The notes: generated by a model not told the origin, from the sequence alone. A stretch of 40,041 nucleotides of DNA from Sphaerodactylus townsendi (GCF_021028975.2 NC_059429.1:73780001-73820041); one strand, 5' to 3'; shown: positions 12,105 to 24,563, counted from the first letter of the stretch. Made by a program: numbers and translations.

Positions 12105-12422
12105 TGTAAGGAATTCCGTAGAGCAGAAATAAAAGGCTTTTTTGGTTGAAAGACCGTTTATTCAGACATCTTAGAAAGCTCACGTACACGACGTGACAGG
12201 AATGGAGTCTCCCGCCAGAACCACAGGTTATAACCTTCTCCGTCCCATCCCCCTCCCTGTTTCCCCAGTCCCATTCTCATGGGAACGGCATTCTCATCTC
12301 TTTCTGTGAGATAAGGCCTCTACCAGAGTAATAGCTGCCGCTTCTGGCCCATCGCCCGAGTCCTGGAATTCAGTCAAGGCCAAGCGGCTGTGCTGAGAAT
12401 CAACACCATTGAAACCTTTACA
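12105..12422 (-). mobile_element. Solo LTR (318 bp)
   Basis: TGTAAGG...CCTTTACA termini; perfect 5-bp TSD CTCAT; TATA-like AGGTTATAACCT (12225-12236) followed on - by AATAAA (12162-12157). Confidence 0.85.
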
Positions 12423-12563
12423 CTCATGTTTTCACCACCCTGAACAATAAGGGGCCTTTTAACTAGTTGCAGATCTGTAAAAGGAGATTCCATTAATGTT
12501 ACGCTTACTCAGAGGCCTTTGGTGAATGGTCTCAAATACTTTTTGAAATTATCACATATACAA

Positions 12564-12740
12564 AGGGTGGGATCCATCCAGCTTTTCATTCAGTTTCACA
12601 TATTTTCCTTTTCACTGTAGCCACCATTGCATTTACCTTTTCTTTATGCAGATTCAATAATATTCAGCATAGCCTTTTTCATGGTCAGAGAGGACCTTCT
12701 CCTCTCTTTTTCACCAGAGGAAAAGCTGACTAGAGCCATC
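12564..12740. repeat. Old interspersed repeat (MITE-like), related to 31200-31377
   Basis: gggtgggatccatccagcttttca...catagccttttt.atggtc aligns by eye with the reverse complement of 31200-31377. Confidence 0.5.
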
Positions 12741-13332
12741 AAAGTATCCCCCGGTCACCCCATCTGTAGGCCTGTTGATTCTCTCATAGAACTCAAAGAG
12801 ATTTATGAGGCAAGTCGTTGCAGAAGTCATGGTGAATTCTTTTCAGCAGGGCTCATTCTTCTGAGTGTTAAATAATTTTGTTTTCAATAACATTTTCTAC
12901 CAATTTATCTGGAATTTTAATTTCATTTTGATTCTTTTAAAAAAGTTTATACTATTTCTCTTTTGTTTTTACATAAACCACTTTGAAGGTATTATGTGTG
13001 GAGGGAGGATGCAAGTACTTTAAATTAACAGAATAAAAAGTGGCCCAATCTTGTTATTCAAAAGAAAAGATGTTGCTTGGTCCACCAGTGGAAGGTGGTT
13101 GGAGGTACATGAGCATCAGTCAATGGAGCTCTTGGGGAACTGCATCCCAATCTATAAGTTTCTGGTTCATGGCTCTTCCATTAGCTGAACTAGTGACTAA
13201 CAGCACCAGACAGGACTTTAGTTTATTGTTCTTATTAGGGCCATTATGGTTCTCAAACATCTGTACAGAACATTTTCTTCACCTGCTTCTGATGAAAAAG
13301 AGAAATGTAATTTGTTTATCCTTTTTTCTTAG

Positions 13333-13480
13333 ATGGACCCAACTCTAAGGCCTTCATTTGTGGACATTGTAAAAACACTGGAGGAGATGCTAAGCCGTTT
13401 GAAAAATGAAGAGGCTGAAAGAGAGAGGAAGCTCTTAAATCTTGACAGTACAGAGAGAAAACCCATAACCGTTTCCAAAG
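13333..13480 (+). CDS. TESK2: TESK2 exon (end of kinase domain)
   Basis: cttag|MDPTLRPSFVDIVKTLEEMLSRLKNEEAERERKLLNLDSTERKPITVSK-G|gtagg; 148 nt, phase 1. Confidence 0.95.
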
Positions 13481-15965
13481 GTAGGAATAGCAGAAGGGGG
13501 AACAAAGTGTGATTGCAAAAATAAGGATTGTGAAATCACATTTTACTACTAAATAACAAAGTCTGAGTTATAATGTTATAATGTAAACAAATTTTATTAG
13601 ATAATGAATGCATTTCCCCCTTTTCATCCATCAAGCAATAATTTATTATGGTTATGGACCAGCAGAATAAAACATGCTGAGAGGTTATTGGAATATATGC
13701 ACAATCTTCCATTAAGATATACTTTTAAAAATCAAATATATGTCACTAAATCAGCACTGTACCTTAGTAGACTGACTGCTGCACAAAATCTGGCAACTTT
13801 ATCCGAGCTTTCAGATTTAAGGAGCACACAAAGAATGGTGGTATATCTCCAGTCTTTGTGGGATTATTTGGAGAATGGGTGTAATAAGTACAGTTGAAGT
13901 GGGAATTGGAATAAATTGCCAACTTGCCCCTTCACTAACCGATGTGCCATTGCATGGACAGAAAACAGGTAAGTATTAGATCCAAGGCTTACATCCATCC
14001 TTTGTAAGCACGGGGGGAAATGATTATTTTATTTTCTCAGTTTGGATTATATTTGCTTAGCTCCCTCCAACTTTTCCATTGGCACAAGAGTTGGGGGAAA
14101 AGGGCACCCTTCTGTCCTCTGAAAAGGTTGTTCATTTTCATGGTCTTATGTGCAGACCCACATAGGGCTGCTCATGTGCAGGTCTGCTGCAGAGAAGAGT
14201 GACAAGCTTTTCTTCGCATTCCTGCATTTCCAGAGTACTCCCTTCCTCTCAAACCAAAGGCGGGAAAGTTTCCCTCTGAAATGGTCACAAGGGTGGAGTG
14301 GGAGAGAGTGATCCCCTCAGTTCTCTTTTCATGGCTACATTGAGAGGATGTGTTTTCTTGTGTTCCTACTTTGTTGGCCTAGTTGCCTTCTTTCTCAGCT
14401 TCAATGGAGAAAAAAGAGGTGTTGTTGTTCAGACAATGCTCCAGTTGCAGAGCGAAGATGGACAATAACTATTGCCATTCTGATTGTCTTTTGTTCCTTG
14501 GTGAGGGGTGTATTTCAGCCTCTTATAAGTGAAGTAGCTGCTAGGATCCCACCCATTATTCATGTTAGAGAAAACACCATTTATTTGTAAGAAAAATGCA
14601 AAAACCAGTCAAGCCAACTTTAGAAACCTTCCAAACCCCACATTTAATTACACTGAGTTGTAATATCTAGATTCAGACACATTTTTGGTTACGACTATCA
14701 TTACTACACATGGTATCAAGATTCAGTTCTATTTTGAAAAGTGTCTGCATTAAGATGGATAATGGAAGCAGTTGGCTCTGTCCCAAGCTTCAGAGCTGTG
14801 CCAGTAAGCACCTGGACTACCTGGCTTCTCCATTCAGTGCAGCAGTGGAAACATCTTCTGATCAGTGGAAATTACAGTGCAAAGCTGTTCTGACACATAA
14901 TAGATATGGTCTTGTACATGTGGGAGATCTTTGGGGGTCATGGAGTTCCTGTAAGTTGTTTCTGGATCGGTGCTTGTTAACTGTAGATTCTTTAAAACTT
15001 CCAGAAATGTGGCGAGTAGAGCAGAGTCAGCAAATGTTTAGACTATATGATGACTTTTATAAAGTATAACAGTGGCACCTGGTGTGCTTAGGGAGACCAG
15101 AATAGAAACTATAGCATATATATTATTTCTAAACGTTAAGATAGAAATTTGGCTGGATGCCTGCTTTCCATTAATCCTTAATTATTTGTTTGTATTTACT
15201 TTGTTTTGTGATGCCTTATTTAAATGTATTTAACAGATTTTTCCCCAAAGCCCAACTGCTGTCTCTCCTAGTTTCTGCACAGGACAATGTGCTATTTCAA
15301 GGCTGGTGTGGAATGTAACTCCTTCACTTCCACAGGGAAGTATTGCTGCTTTGTCCTTACCTTTCACAACATATGGGTGTTTTTACTCTAGAGAAACCTC
15401 ACATGTTGAAAGCATCTGCCTTATAGTACTATAGGTTTGTACTATAGATTTATTGAATTGTAAGTGTCCTTCTAAACATATGCTCTTGGGAATAATCTGG
15501 TAGCGCACATGGAACTGTGTGGGGGGGGACGGAATAAGAGGCATGCAGAAGACTTGGAAGACAGAATATAACATGTGTCATTAACTGCATTCCTCTCAAT
15601 GGGCCTTTTATACTGAATCTCAAAACTGGAAAACTTTGCATCTTAGATTAAGATTTGGGTTGGCACAAGCAAGTAGAGACAAAACAAGTTTGGGGAAGAT
15701 TGGACATATAAATAATGTGTAGGTACTTCTATCATACTAGATGCCTCATTTTCTGTATACTCTGAAAAAGTAGATTTGGGGACTGAGAGGCACTTCTGAT
15801 AGTGGATTCCACAAGCTAGTTTTTGCATATCCCAAGCGCATATGTTTGTGGAAAGTTTTAAAGTAAGAATGTCACATGTTCATTGGTGATTGTATGATTC
15901 CAGCATAGTTATTAACCCTACCCTTGGCTTTAAATCTGATTTTTTAAAAATCTTCTCCCATTTAG

Positions 15966-16954
15966 GAATTTTAGAGAGAGGACAAGGAGTTAAAAGGCTG
16001 AGTTCACTGGATGACAAGATTCCTCCCAAGTCACCACGACCACGGCGTAACATTTGGTTATCACGCAGTCAATCAGACATCTTCTCCCGTAAGCCTTGTC
16101 ACAAGATAAATGTCCAGGATCCCTACTACACGCCAACTAAAGGGGGAAGCCGCAAAGTCAACCCTTTCAATGCTAGGGAGGACCTGAAAGGGGGGAAAGT
16201 CAAATTTTTTGACATGCCAAGCAAATCTGTGATATCACTTGTATTTGACTTGCACTCCCAAGAGGCAAGGGGATACCTGAAGATGAGCCAGCCACAGCTC
16301 AGGCAGACCTTCAGCACTGATTGGCAGGAACCCCCTTTCTTCCCTTGGAGACGTTGTAGATCACTTCCTGTCTCTCCTGAACTTGTGCACAAAGAATATA
16401 GCACATTTGGGGATCTGTCTTCAACAATTGGCAGGTGTGATCCAAGCCAGCTGGGAGCTGAGGTGCGCCAGAAGTTATTGAGCAGCAGTAAATATGGAGT
16501 GTCTGAAATCCCTCCTTTTCAGGCCAAATTTCATAGGCTGGAGTCTCCTGCTTCTGTGTATGAAGAAGAGATGGACTGCTCTGATGGACTAGAGCCCCAG
16601 GATGAAAATGGGTTCTATCCTGGGAAAAATATAGTTGAGGAGCCAGAATTCAGAAAGACCACAGGGCAAATTCTACAAGACTCCCAGAATGTGGAGGGTA
16701 TTTTGGTGCAGAACGTAGCCCATTCAGAAGATAAACCCTCACAGGCATTCTTGAGCTGCATAACCTCTGAAGCTATGGAGGTGGAAGATGAAACCCAAAG
16801 GAACATGCCTAGGCTGGAGTCTTCCAAACAATTACGTGCTAACTCTTCCTCCCAACCAGGCCGAGAGGCATCTCTGTTTGAGGTAGTAGACAGTGACATA
16901 TCAAATCGAGTTTCTTCGCCATCATCAAATATACCAGCAGCAGTAAGTGAATAG
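15966..16954 (+). CDS. TESK2: TESK2 last coding exon (C-terminal regulatory tail)
   Basis: tttag| acceptor inside ORF 15890-16954; GVKRLSSLDDKIP, WLSRSQSDIFSRKP, KVNPF, KFFDMPSKSVISLVFDL and RRCRSLPVSPE (14-3-3-type motif) match TESK2; stop TAG. Confidence 0.96.
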
Positions 16955-19761
16955 TCAAAATGTGACATTTAAAAATCCAGCCAGAAGGACACACTCCTCC
17001 CAATACCTTAAAAGCTAAAACCAATGTAGAAACGCTCTAGCAAGTTGTAGCAACTAGTTTGGAGATTACAAATAATTTAGTTGGAGAGAGACTATATGTG
17101 TGAAAGTATGTATGACAGAATGATTCCTCAGCTTACCTCAGGAAGTAATTGTGGGCAGAAGGGGTGAACCACATCTCTGGGATGTATGGGACAATGTGAG
17201 GGTGATAATTCCTGGGAAAGATGATGGAATCCTTGGTCTGCCCTGGCTTAGAAGCCATTTTTCTGTGTGTGAATGGACGCCTGTGTGCTTTTTCTTCTGT
17301 TGAAGGAATCAAACTTGCCAGAAACTTCCCCTCTTAAATATTTATAACTTTCACTCTGTCCCTTGTATTTGCTGAGCAACTATAAATGTCTTCTGATTTG
17401 GGATCTAACAGGCTTGAAGTTAGCAGTTTCAGGGCGCAAAGGCAGTTTGTTGTTTCTTGGATGTAACAAGTTCATAGCATGTAAAATACTAAGCTCCCTT
17501 GTGTCCCTAAAAGAAGCTCAGATTGGGCTGTAATATCTAAGCTTTCTACCTCTTCCCATACAACTTTAAATCCTGGAAGTGAACAGTTCACTCTTGCTTT
17601 AGGCATTCCTTGTCCACTTGGGAAATTTACTGCTTATGCTGTGGCAGTTTCCTTGCAAAACACAAAATCCGACTATATTTTCCTGGCACCACCAGTCAGC
17701 ACCTTCTTTGATGGAGAATGAATGAGTCATGTAACCATTTACATTTTGAACAAAAGAAGAGCTTAAAGTAAGGCAAAGATGTTTCCCTAAAATTACAGCT
17801 GTGAGTGCATCTTCAGTTGGTCTGTTAGTCACTTTGAGCACACCTGTTTACTTGAGTTAAAGATACAGACCCCAGCCCTACTGCAGCTGCACACGCATAT
17901 TAGTCTATTTTTACATTTTTGTAATTTTTATGAGTACCTGGTGTTCTGAAGAGATAGGTTTGATTCTGTTTGGCTGCACAAATAATGCAATGTAAACATT
18001 CTGTATGAACTCTTTCTTTTCTGAGTGTTTAGATTGGCAATGGAGTCCAAGTCTAGACTCTATTCCATAGTTTTAATACAGCAGGATAGTGAGAACTCCC
18101 CTGCAGGGAGGAGATACAAAACAACTGCCTCCTGATGTTCACAAAAAGTTAAGGTGAATGCCTTCAAAGTAGCAAGCAATAATTTGGGGACTTCAGAAAG
18201 ACCTTTGGCATGTTGATTAACAGATAGCAACTTTCTGGTAAAGAGCTTACATGCGATTGGCCAATTTCAGGCAGTTCTTCCAGAACTTCTCTGGGATGAA
18301 TGACTCCATATATTTAAAACAGTCCATAAAAGTCTGATTTTTAAATCTGTTGCCTCTTCAGGGTGGACCAGAGAGGATTTGTACAACTGCTATCCATACA
18401 CATCTTTTTGATTTAGAAAATGAAAGTGGTCAGTTGGTAAATAACGGAATTGCCATATAAGATGATTGATGATCATTTTGGAATTTGTATCACCTTGCTC
18501 ATTAAACAGATGTTCCTTCTGGGTTGTCTAATGGACTGTGAGAGACATGAGCATTGAAGTATGTTTTACAGACTATGGAAAAAGGTCCACACTTAATTGT
18601 TTGCCCTGTGGACTCTCTTAGCTCTGTAGCTTTACTTACGCTCTCACTGTTCTGGCAGGGTGAGAACAAGTGGCACACCCTTGGTTTGAACAAGTGTTCT
18701 AATTATGCTTCTGTATTTATATGTATGATGGTAGAAGGCTTGAATCCCTTATCCTCATACAGAAAGTATGAAGTCTTCCCAGTCCTCTATGTAATAAAAA
18801 TGGTTGGCATTATAGAGTTCAAGTGAAAGCAAATTCCTTGGTCATGGAGTGGTTAAAACTGTATGGTTAAAACTGTATACTGCCCTCTTGGGAACCATGC
18901 TAAGAACTCTGGTATGTTTCTCTCCAGTATTGCAAAGCAGATGCTGGCCATTAACTGTACTGCATGCAGAATGAAACCAGCCCATCATATCGCATAGTGA
19001 GGAGGGGGGTTTTTTTTGCTTTTATCATGTGTTTGATTTGCTGACAAAGATGCATTTTGCTTTTTATAAGCTACCTGCAAACATTTCTAAGATACCTGGT
19101 CTGTTTTAATTCACTCATTCTTTTGATACTGGTTATTAAATGTGTTAGAAGCTATACCTGTGGCTGATCAGTGAAAGAAGACTGTGTGAATAAATGTATG
19201 TCTAAATTGCTGCCCCAGCAAAAGAGAGGGGTACGGTAGGTTTATTCTTTGTTGCTGTATTTTGTCCACGAACACTGGTAGTTCTTGCCAGTTTAACTAC
19301 AGACACTTGAATAATTCCTCTTTGCACTTAATGCTGCTGTTTATACTGCATGTCACTACATTTCTATGCAAAAATAACCTTTGGGGCAGCCAAATATTTG
19401 ATTAAGGTTTAAAGATCTTCACAAGATCTATTTTCGTATTTATGAAGGAATTTTATGTCTTAATATTTGCAGTCTGTAAATAGCTATACCTTGTCATTAA
19501 AGCTTAGGAAGAAGTGTGTAGCCTGTGCATAATTTAACACTGCCACAAGAGAATCTTTTCAAAACAACTTTTTCTAATACTGCAAATATTTATGAAAAGT
19601 GTAAAGAAAGCAAATATTGATTATGTTGATTTACTTTGTCTTGACTTTTTTCTGAACTACAGAAGTGGTATGTTTTACTGGATCTACAGCAAGTAACCAA
19701 AGATGAACCTGGTTTGAAAACATTTTCATGTTTTGTAAACTGTTTCCCAATTTGCTTTCAA

Positions 19762-19777
19762 AATAAAAACAAATAAA
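19762..19777 (+). promoter_or_regulatory. Likely TESK2 polyadenylation signals (tandem AATAAA)
   Basis: AATAAA at 19762 and 19772, TGTA upstream (~19734), GT-rich tttgtggttg downstream; preceded by an AT-rich UTR-like stretch with no obvious repeats. Confidence 0.65.
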
Positions 19778-21406
19778 TTGACCTTTGTGGTTGAAAAGAC
19801 AAGCTGAGAGGGAAATCAAATGAATGTTAAATAGATACTAAAATGCCAAAGTTTAATTGGGTGGTACCTGCTTTAAGGTTGAAGAAAGATCCTTCAGCAT
19901 AAGAACCTCTTCTCCAATTCAAGTAACTCTGACATGAGAGGAATTTTCATGGACTCAGCTTTCCTTAGTGGAATGGTAAGATCTATGCCAGTGTTTGTAC
20001 AACCTTTCCTCAAACTGACCTTCCATCTTTTACAAGGAATTATAAGATTTTTCTCTTCCTCTGCCTGGGTAAATGTCTGATTTGATAAGAGATCTTATTA
20101 GCTTCAGTTTTTCTTCCAACAAATGCATAGTTATTTGTTTATGAAGGATCCTGACATTTCAAGCAAATGTTTCTACAAACATTAGACTTTCTCAGCATTA
20201 AAACTGAAGTTTTATTGCTAAGAAAACATGTTTTCTCTCCAGCTCTAGACTTTCATATTTCTCATCAATCTGTATAATGTTGAAGATTGTTTTCCAAATA
20301 AATTCAGCAGCTATCTAATGGCAACAGTTTTCAGTTTCCTTAGTGCCAAACTAGACCATATCTAAACTCCTAGATGCCTAATTAAGCTGCCATGGGTGAA
20401 AGAGGTTTTAACTCTACTGATATGCTGTTCCCACCCCACCCTCCGCTGTTTTGAAGCACAATACCCATACCAATCTTTTTCCTTCCCTGTGTTGAAATCA
20501 ATTGGAGAGGTTCCAATTAAGTAGAGTTAACTTTCCCTCCCTCCTGCTGCTTTTAGCAACTATTACACATATGGTCAACTGGCCCTTAGCACACAGGTGG
20601 TTTACTCAAGGTACTAGTCCCAGAACCTCTGCTTTATCAATAGAAATTCTGACATAAGAACAGAACAGAAAATAAGAACTAGTGGGGGGGGGGGGGAGAG
20701 AACAGAGCTTCAAATCCTTGTGAAGAGTTAATTTTTGCTTTGTTTTTTCTATAGCATGATTAAAGGTGCTCTCCTTGCTGATTATTCAGGCTACGAGGCT
20801 AAGATGTGACTTGTTCGAGTGCCAAAACTGTTGGCTTCAAGATTAACTATATATAACAACTATTATGAGTGCTGTTTATAAAATGACTGATTCCAAGGGC
20901 TTCTGCAAGTGTTGTGCTACTTGTTTGCACCAGGAGAACAGCCATGGTAACCTTTGTTATGGTATGAACTGCAAGCACAGAAAGGATACAGTATCACCAG
21001 GGTTGGCATTGGTCCTCATGGCATCATTTCAGACAAAAGGGGTAGATTAGGTTGCGGTGTTTGATCCTTCCCCATAACAGTTCTTTGTAGCTGAAACTCC
21101 CCAAACATCAGTTAGGAAAAAGAACATTGTGAACAAGTAGCAATAAGAGGATTAAAGGTATTACAAGCAGCAAAGAAAGAAAGGAACTAGTAAAATAAAA
21201 GGAAAAGATAAAAAGCTGTTGTTTCAAAGATGTGTCCCATGTTTCCCTGAGAAAAGCCTAATCGTTATCAAAATGACCTTTAAAACTAATCTATGGTTTA
21301 TTAAAATATTTACGTCCCACCTTTTTCATAAAAGATGCATGGCAGCTTAAAGTCAACTGGCGTATCAGTATCATGAATAAAAATTAAACCAGTATAAACA
21401 TTAGTA

Positions 21407-21566
21407 TTGTCAAAGGCTTTCACGGCTGGAATCACTGGGGTGTTGTGTGGTTTCCGGGCTGTGTGGCCGTGTTCTAGTAGCATTTTCTCCTGACGTTTTG
21501 CCTGCATCTGTGGCTGGCATCTTCAGAGAACACGGCCATGCAGCCCGGAAACCACACAACACCCCA
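21407..21566 (-). mobile_element. Penelope-like element remnant with inverted duplication and decayed hammerhead
   Basis: Arms 21436-21475 and 21527-21566 are inverted (38/40 match); spacer on - reads CTGAAGA-TGCCAGCCACAGATGCAGGC-AAAACGTCAGG. Confidence 0.8.
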
Positions 21567-21649
21567 ACGTTATTAGTAGTTGTTGAAAACATCTATGGTA
21601 GAAACATCTTGCCCATAAAATACGCACCTATGGGAAAGACTACTTTACA

Positions 21650-22700
21650 GGCAGAGAGGCAGTCCTTGTATTCTATCACCCACCACCACAAGCAGGCCAT
21701 TCCACAAAATAAGTGTTATGACCAAATGGCCTATGCGTGTCCCAGAGGACATACCAGGATCTGTTGGCAGGAATTTAATTGGTACATAAGCTCAGAAAGA
21801 TATGTAGTCTTTCAGAGATGTGGATACTAGGTGATGTAGGGCTTTAATGGTAATAATTAGTGCTGGTCATTGTATGTTCAAAATGGTTTTCCTTGTCAAA
21901 AGACATGCAGCTCTGCATTTAACGGAAACTTTTAAAAGCAGCCACATATACACTGGATTACAGTGATCCAGCATAGATAGATGACAGTGTGGCTGCATCA
22001 GCCAACTCTGTAAGTACACAATCCAAAAAAAGCACTGGACAATTAAACTAACCTGCTTCTCCCACAGCAAGGCTAAGAGCCCCGTCCAAAGGGGGAAGCT
22101 GAATCCACTTGTGGAAACAGTACACATCCACGGCAGATTTGCCCTCCCCAGGGTACTTGCCTCAGCAGAGGAGTGATTCCACTGGTGTGCAGCGGCCATG
22201 CACCTCCCTGGTGCTGGGACATGTCACTGGATGCCACACTAGCGTCACAATGTGGCGAGGGCAGGTTGGGGGCATGGCCAGTGTCAACTCCCTTCTGACC
22301 TTTCCCAGCATTACACCAGCAGCCCATACTTCAGACTTAAGCCACTGAAAAGGTGGTGCAAGTCTACTGAGGTCCACAGAGACTTCTTAGTGACGGGAGG
22401 CTTTTTCACTCTGCAAGCCGATATGGAAGAGGTGCCACAGTCTGCTTCATCCAGTTTGGATGGGGCTGCCTCTCTGCAAGCCCCCAAACTCTTCATATTA
22501 TTTGCCAGAAAAATAGACCCCATCAAAATTTCATAGACCCATCTTTTCCAAAACATCAGCATCCCTGCCTTACCTAAATTCATTTTCAATTTGTTCACTC
22601 TCTGCCACTTAACCGCAAACACAGATAATGATATCTAGAACAAAGCTACAGATGATCTTACACAGCATCCAGACAAATGTTAAAAAGCATAAGTATAAAT
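21650..22700 (-). mobile_element. Degenerate L2-type LINE fragment, interrupted
   Basis: Minus frame WQRVNKLKMNLGKAGML resembles the L2 RT segment WMxxNKLKLNPxKTE; LDHCNPVYMWL resembles LDYCNxLYxGL. Confidence 0.55.
22078..22467. mobile_element. MITE-like insertion within the L2 remnant
   Basis: Terminal inverted repeat AGCCCC(G/A)TCCAAA (12/13 match); more GC-rich than its flanks. Confidence 0.5.
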
Positions 22701-23518
22701 AATTGAGGAACTCTCCTAGTTAGGATTCAAAAGAGGTGAGTTCACATTTAGTCAGACAAAAAAAAAAAGGCACTGGCATGCCACTCCCTGATTTTCTAAA
22801 CACCCCAACAAAATGTAGTGTGAACAACATCAGGCTGTAGATGAAGCAAGAATTAAAATGGATACATTTTTCCTTTTCTGTTTGTATATTACAAGCATCC
22901 TCAAAAAAAATAAAGTTTTTTCACAGTCCCAAAATTAGGCGTGAAACAGAAAGCATCAAAGGCAGAAGTATCACTTAGGTATTGTTGAAGTTGGCCTCTC
23001 ACCATCCACTCAATCAACTTGCCAAGAAAAGAGGCATTTGAAAGATGGGTTATAACTGACTACATATACTGTATAGCCAGGGTGTTTTTTCCCTAGAGTC
23101 AGCTTAGGTCAGGTCTACTTACTGCCTCTTTCAGCTGCTGTATAAAAAATTGAAAACATGTATTAATAGTATTGGCAAGTGGTGTCCTTACTTCCTTCTG
23201 GCAAGATTTCCTTCAGCCAGGAGTGGCAAGGATCTACTTTGCAGGTAGTGGCCTTCTCAATCTCAAAGGCCTTGTCACAGCTTCAGTCAGATCAATCAGT
23301 CCTTAAAACTAGCAATATAATATTTGACATCACTGGTACATCCACCAACTTCAACATGGCAGGTTTTATATACCTGTCAGGGGTTGGCCTGAGGACATGT
23401 AAAATAGGGGTTAGCAATGACAGAGGCCAGAGGGGCCAATACATCAGGTCAGTGATCATAGCTGACTGACATGAGCATTTACAGCGAGATCCAAAGGAGG
23501 TCTGCTCACAGTCTAATT

Positions 23519-23666
23519 CAGGGGTAGGGAACCTGCGGCTCTCCAGATGTTCAGGAACTACAATTCCCATCAGCCCCTACCAGCATGGCCAATTGGCCAT
23601 GCTGACAGAGGCTGATGGGAATTGTAGTTCCTGAACATCTGGAGAGCCGCAGGTTCCCTACCCCTG
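23519..23666. mobile_element. 148-bp palindromic hAT-type MITE, copy 2
   Basis: Reverse complement of 10923-11070 with one difference; perfect 8-bp TSD GTCTAATT. Confidence 0.95.
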
Positions 23667-24557
23667 GTCTAATTGAAGTCAGTTCCATGGGGCTTAAAGG
23701 GTGTTTAGAACTGCAGGAAGGAAGAAATATTACTTAACTATACCTTGTCTCACTGAAAGATGGATGCTCAATTGTGGCCAAATACCCAGCTTCTTCCTGT
23801 GGAACGCTCCACTTGAAGGTCTGCTCCTGAAGATCCATGCCCACAGCGGAGCATTCCACAGGAAGAAGAGGGGTATTTGGTCACAGTTGTTTCTGCCTTT
23901 CAATGAGGCAAGGCATAGTAGCTTCCTCTCCTTCCTAATACTAATTCTGAGGGAGAGTGACTAGAATTAAACCTCTTTTAAACAGGGCTGCCACGAAGAA
24001 AGACTGAAGTGGGATAAGAGAAATATCCACCATGCTTTCATTCCTGTACAGTTGTGGAGGCCAGGTTTGACTTTAAGGCACCTTTTCTGACTATTTTTGC
24101 ACTCCCATCAAGTTCTCTTTAGACTTAGATAAGATAATCAGAGAACTGCTGAATCTTAGCAAAGCCAGCTTAAAAGGTTGAGGGGAAATGGAACAGAATG
24201 ACATTACATCACATCAAGCTATTAGCAATCCCTCACTGTCACTGGAAGGCTTTACTTTTTCACTAGTTTCACAAAAAACTAACTCTTTACTTTCTAAAGC
24301 CCATCTGGTTACCTTTCTTCAATAAAAGTGCTTCTTTAAAAACTTAGATACCAGATGTGAAAGTTAGGCAGGCCCTGCCAAATAAGCTTACCATTGAATT
24401 AGTAACTGGTTGGAACATGAGTAGAATACAAATCCTATTTCTGAACTTCTCTACGGCAGTATCTCTGGGCCACAGTCAAAAGACAAAGTGGTCAAGTTGA
24501 ATACTTGCTTGTTACAAAAGTTTGTTTTTCTAGTTCCTGAAAGAAGATAGTTTCGGT

Positions 24558-24563
24558 TTTATT
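24558..24563 (-). promoter_or_regulatory. Candidate distal TOE1 polyA signal (AATAAA)
   Basis: TGTACC-AATAAA on the - strand. Confidence 0.45.

Larger units (their letters stand above)
11590..12450 (-). mobile_element. Old CR1 fragment interrupted by a SPIN-like MITE and a solo LTR
   Basis: Degenerate antisense CR1-like text (gaccagaattgca, tccctagcatg, ttggagaaatcctttt, ttcaccaccctgaacaat) continues across both insertions. Confidence 0.6.

Noticed and set aside
15890-15965. N-terminal part of the 354-aa ORF
   Set aside because: Intronic read-through; TESK2 similarity starts at the acceptor at 15966.
16126-17024. Antisense ORFs over the TESK2 last exon
   Set aside because: Shadow frames of a coding exon with no recognisable protein features.
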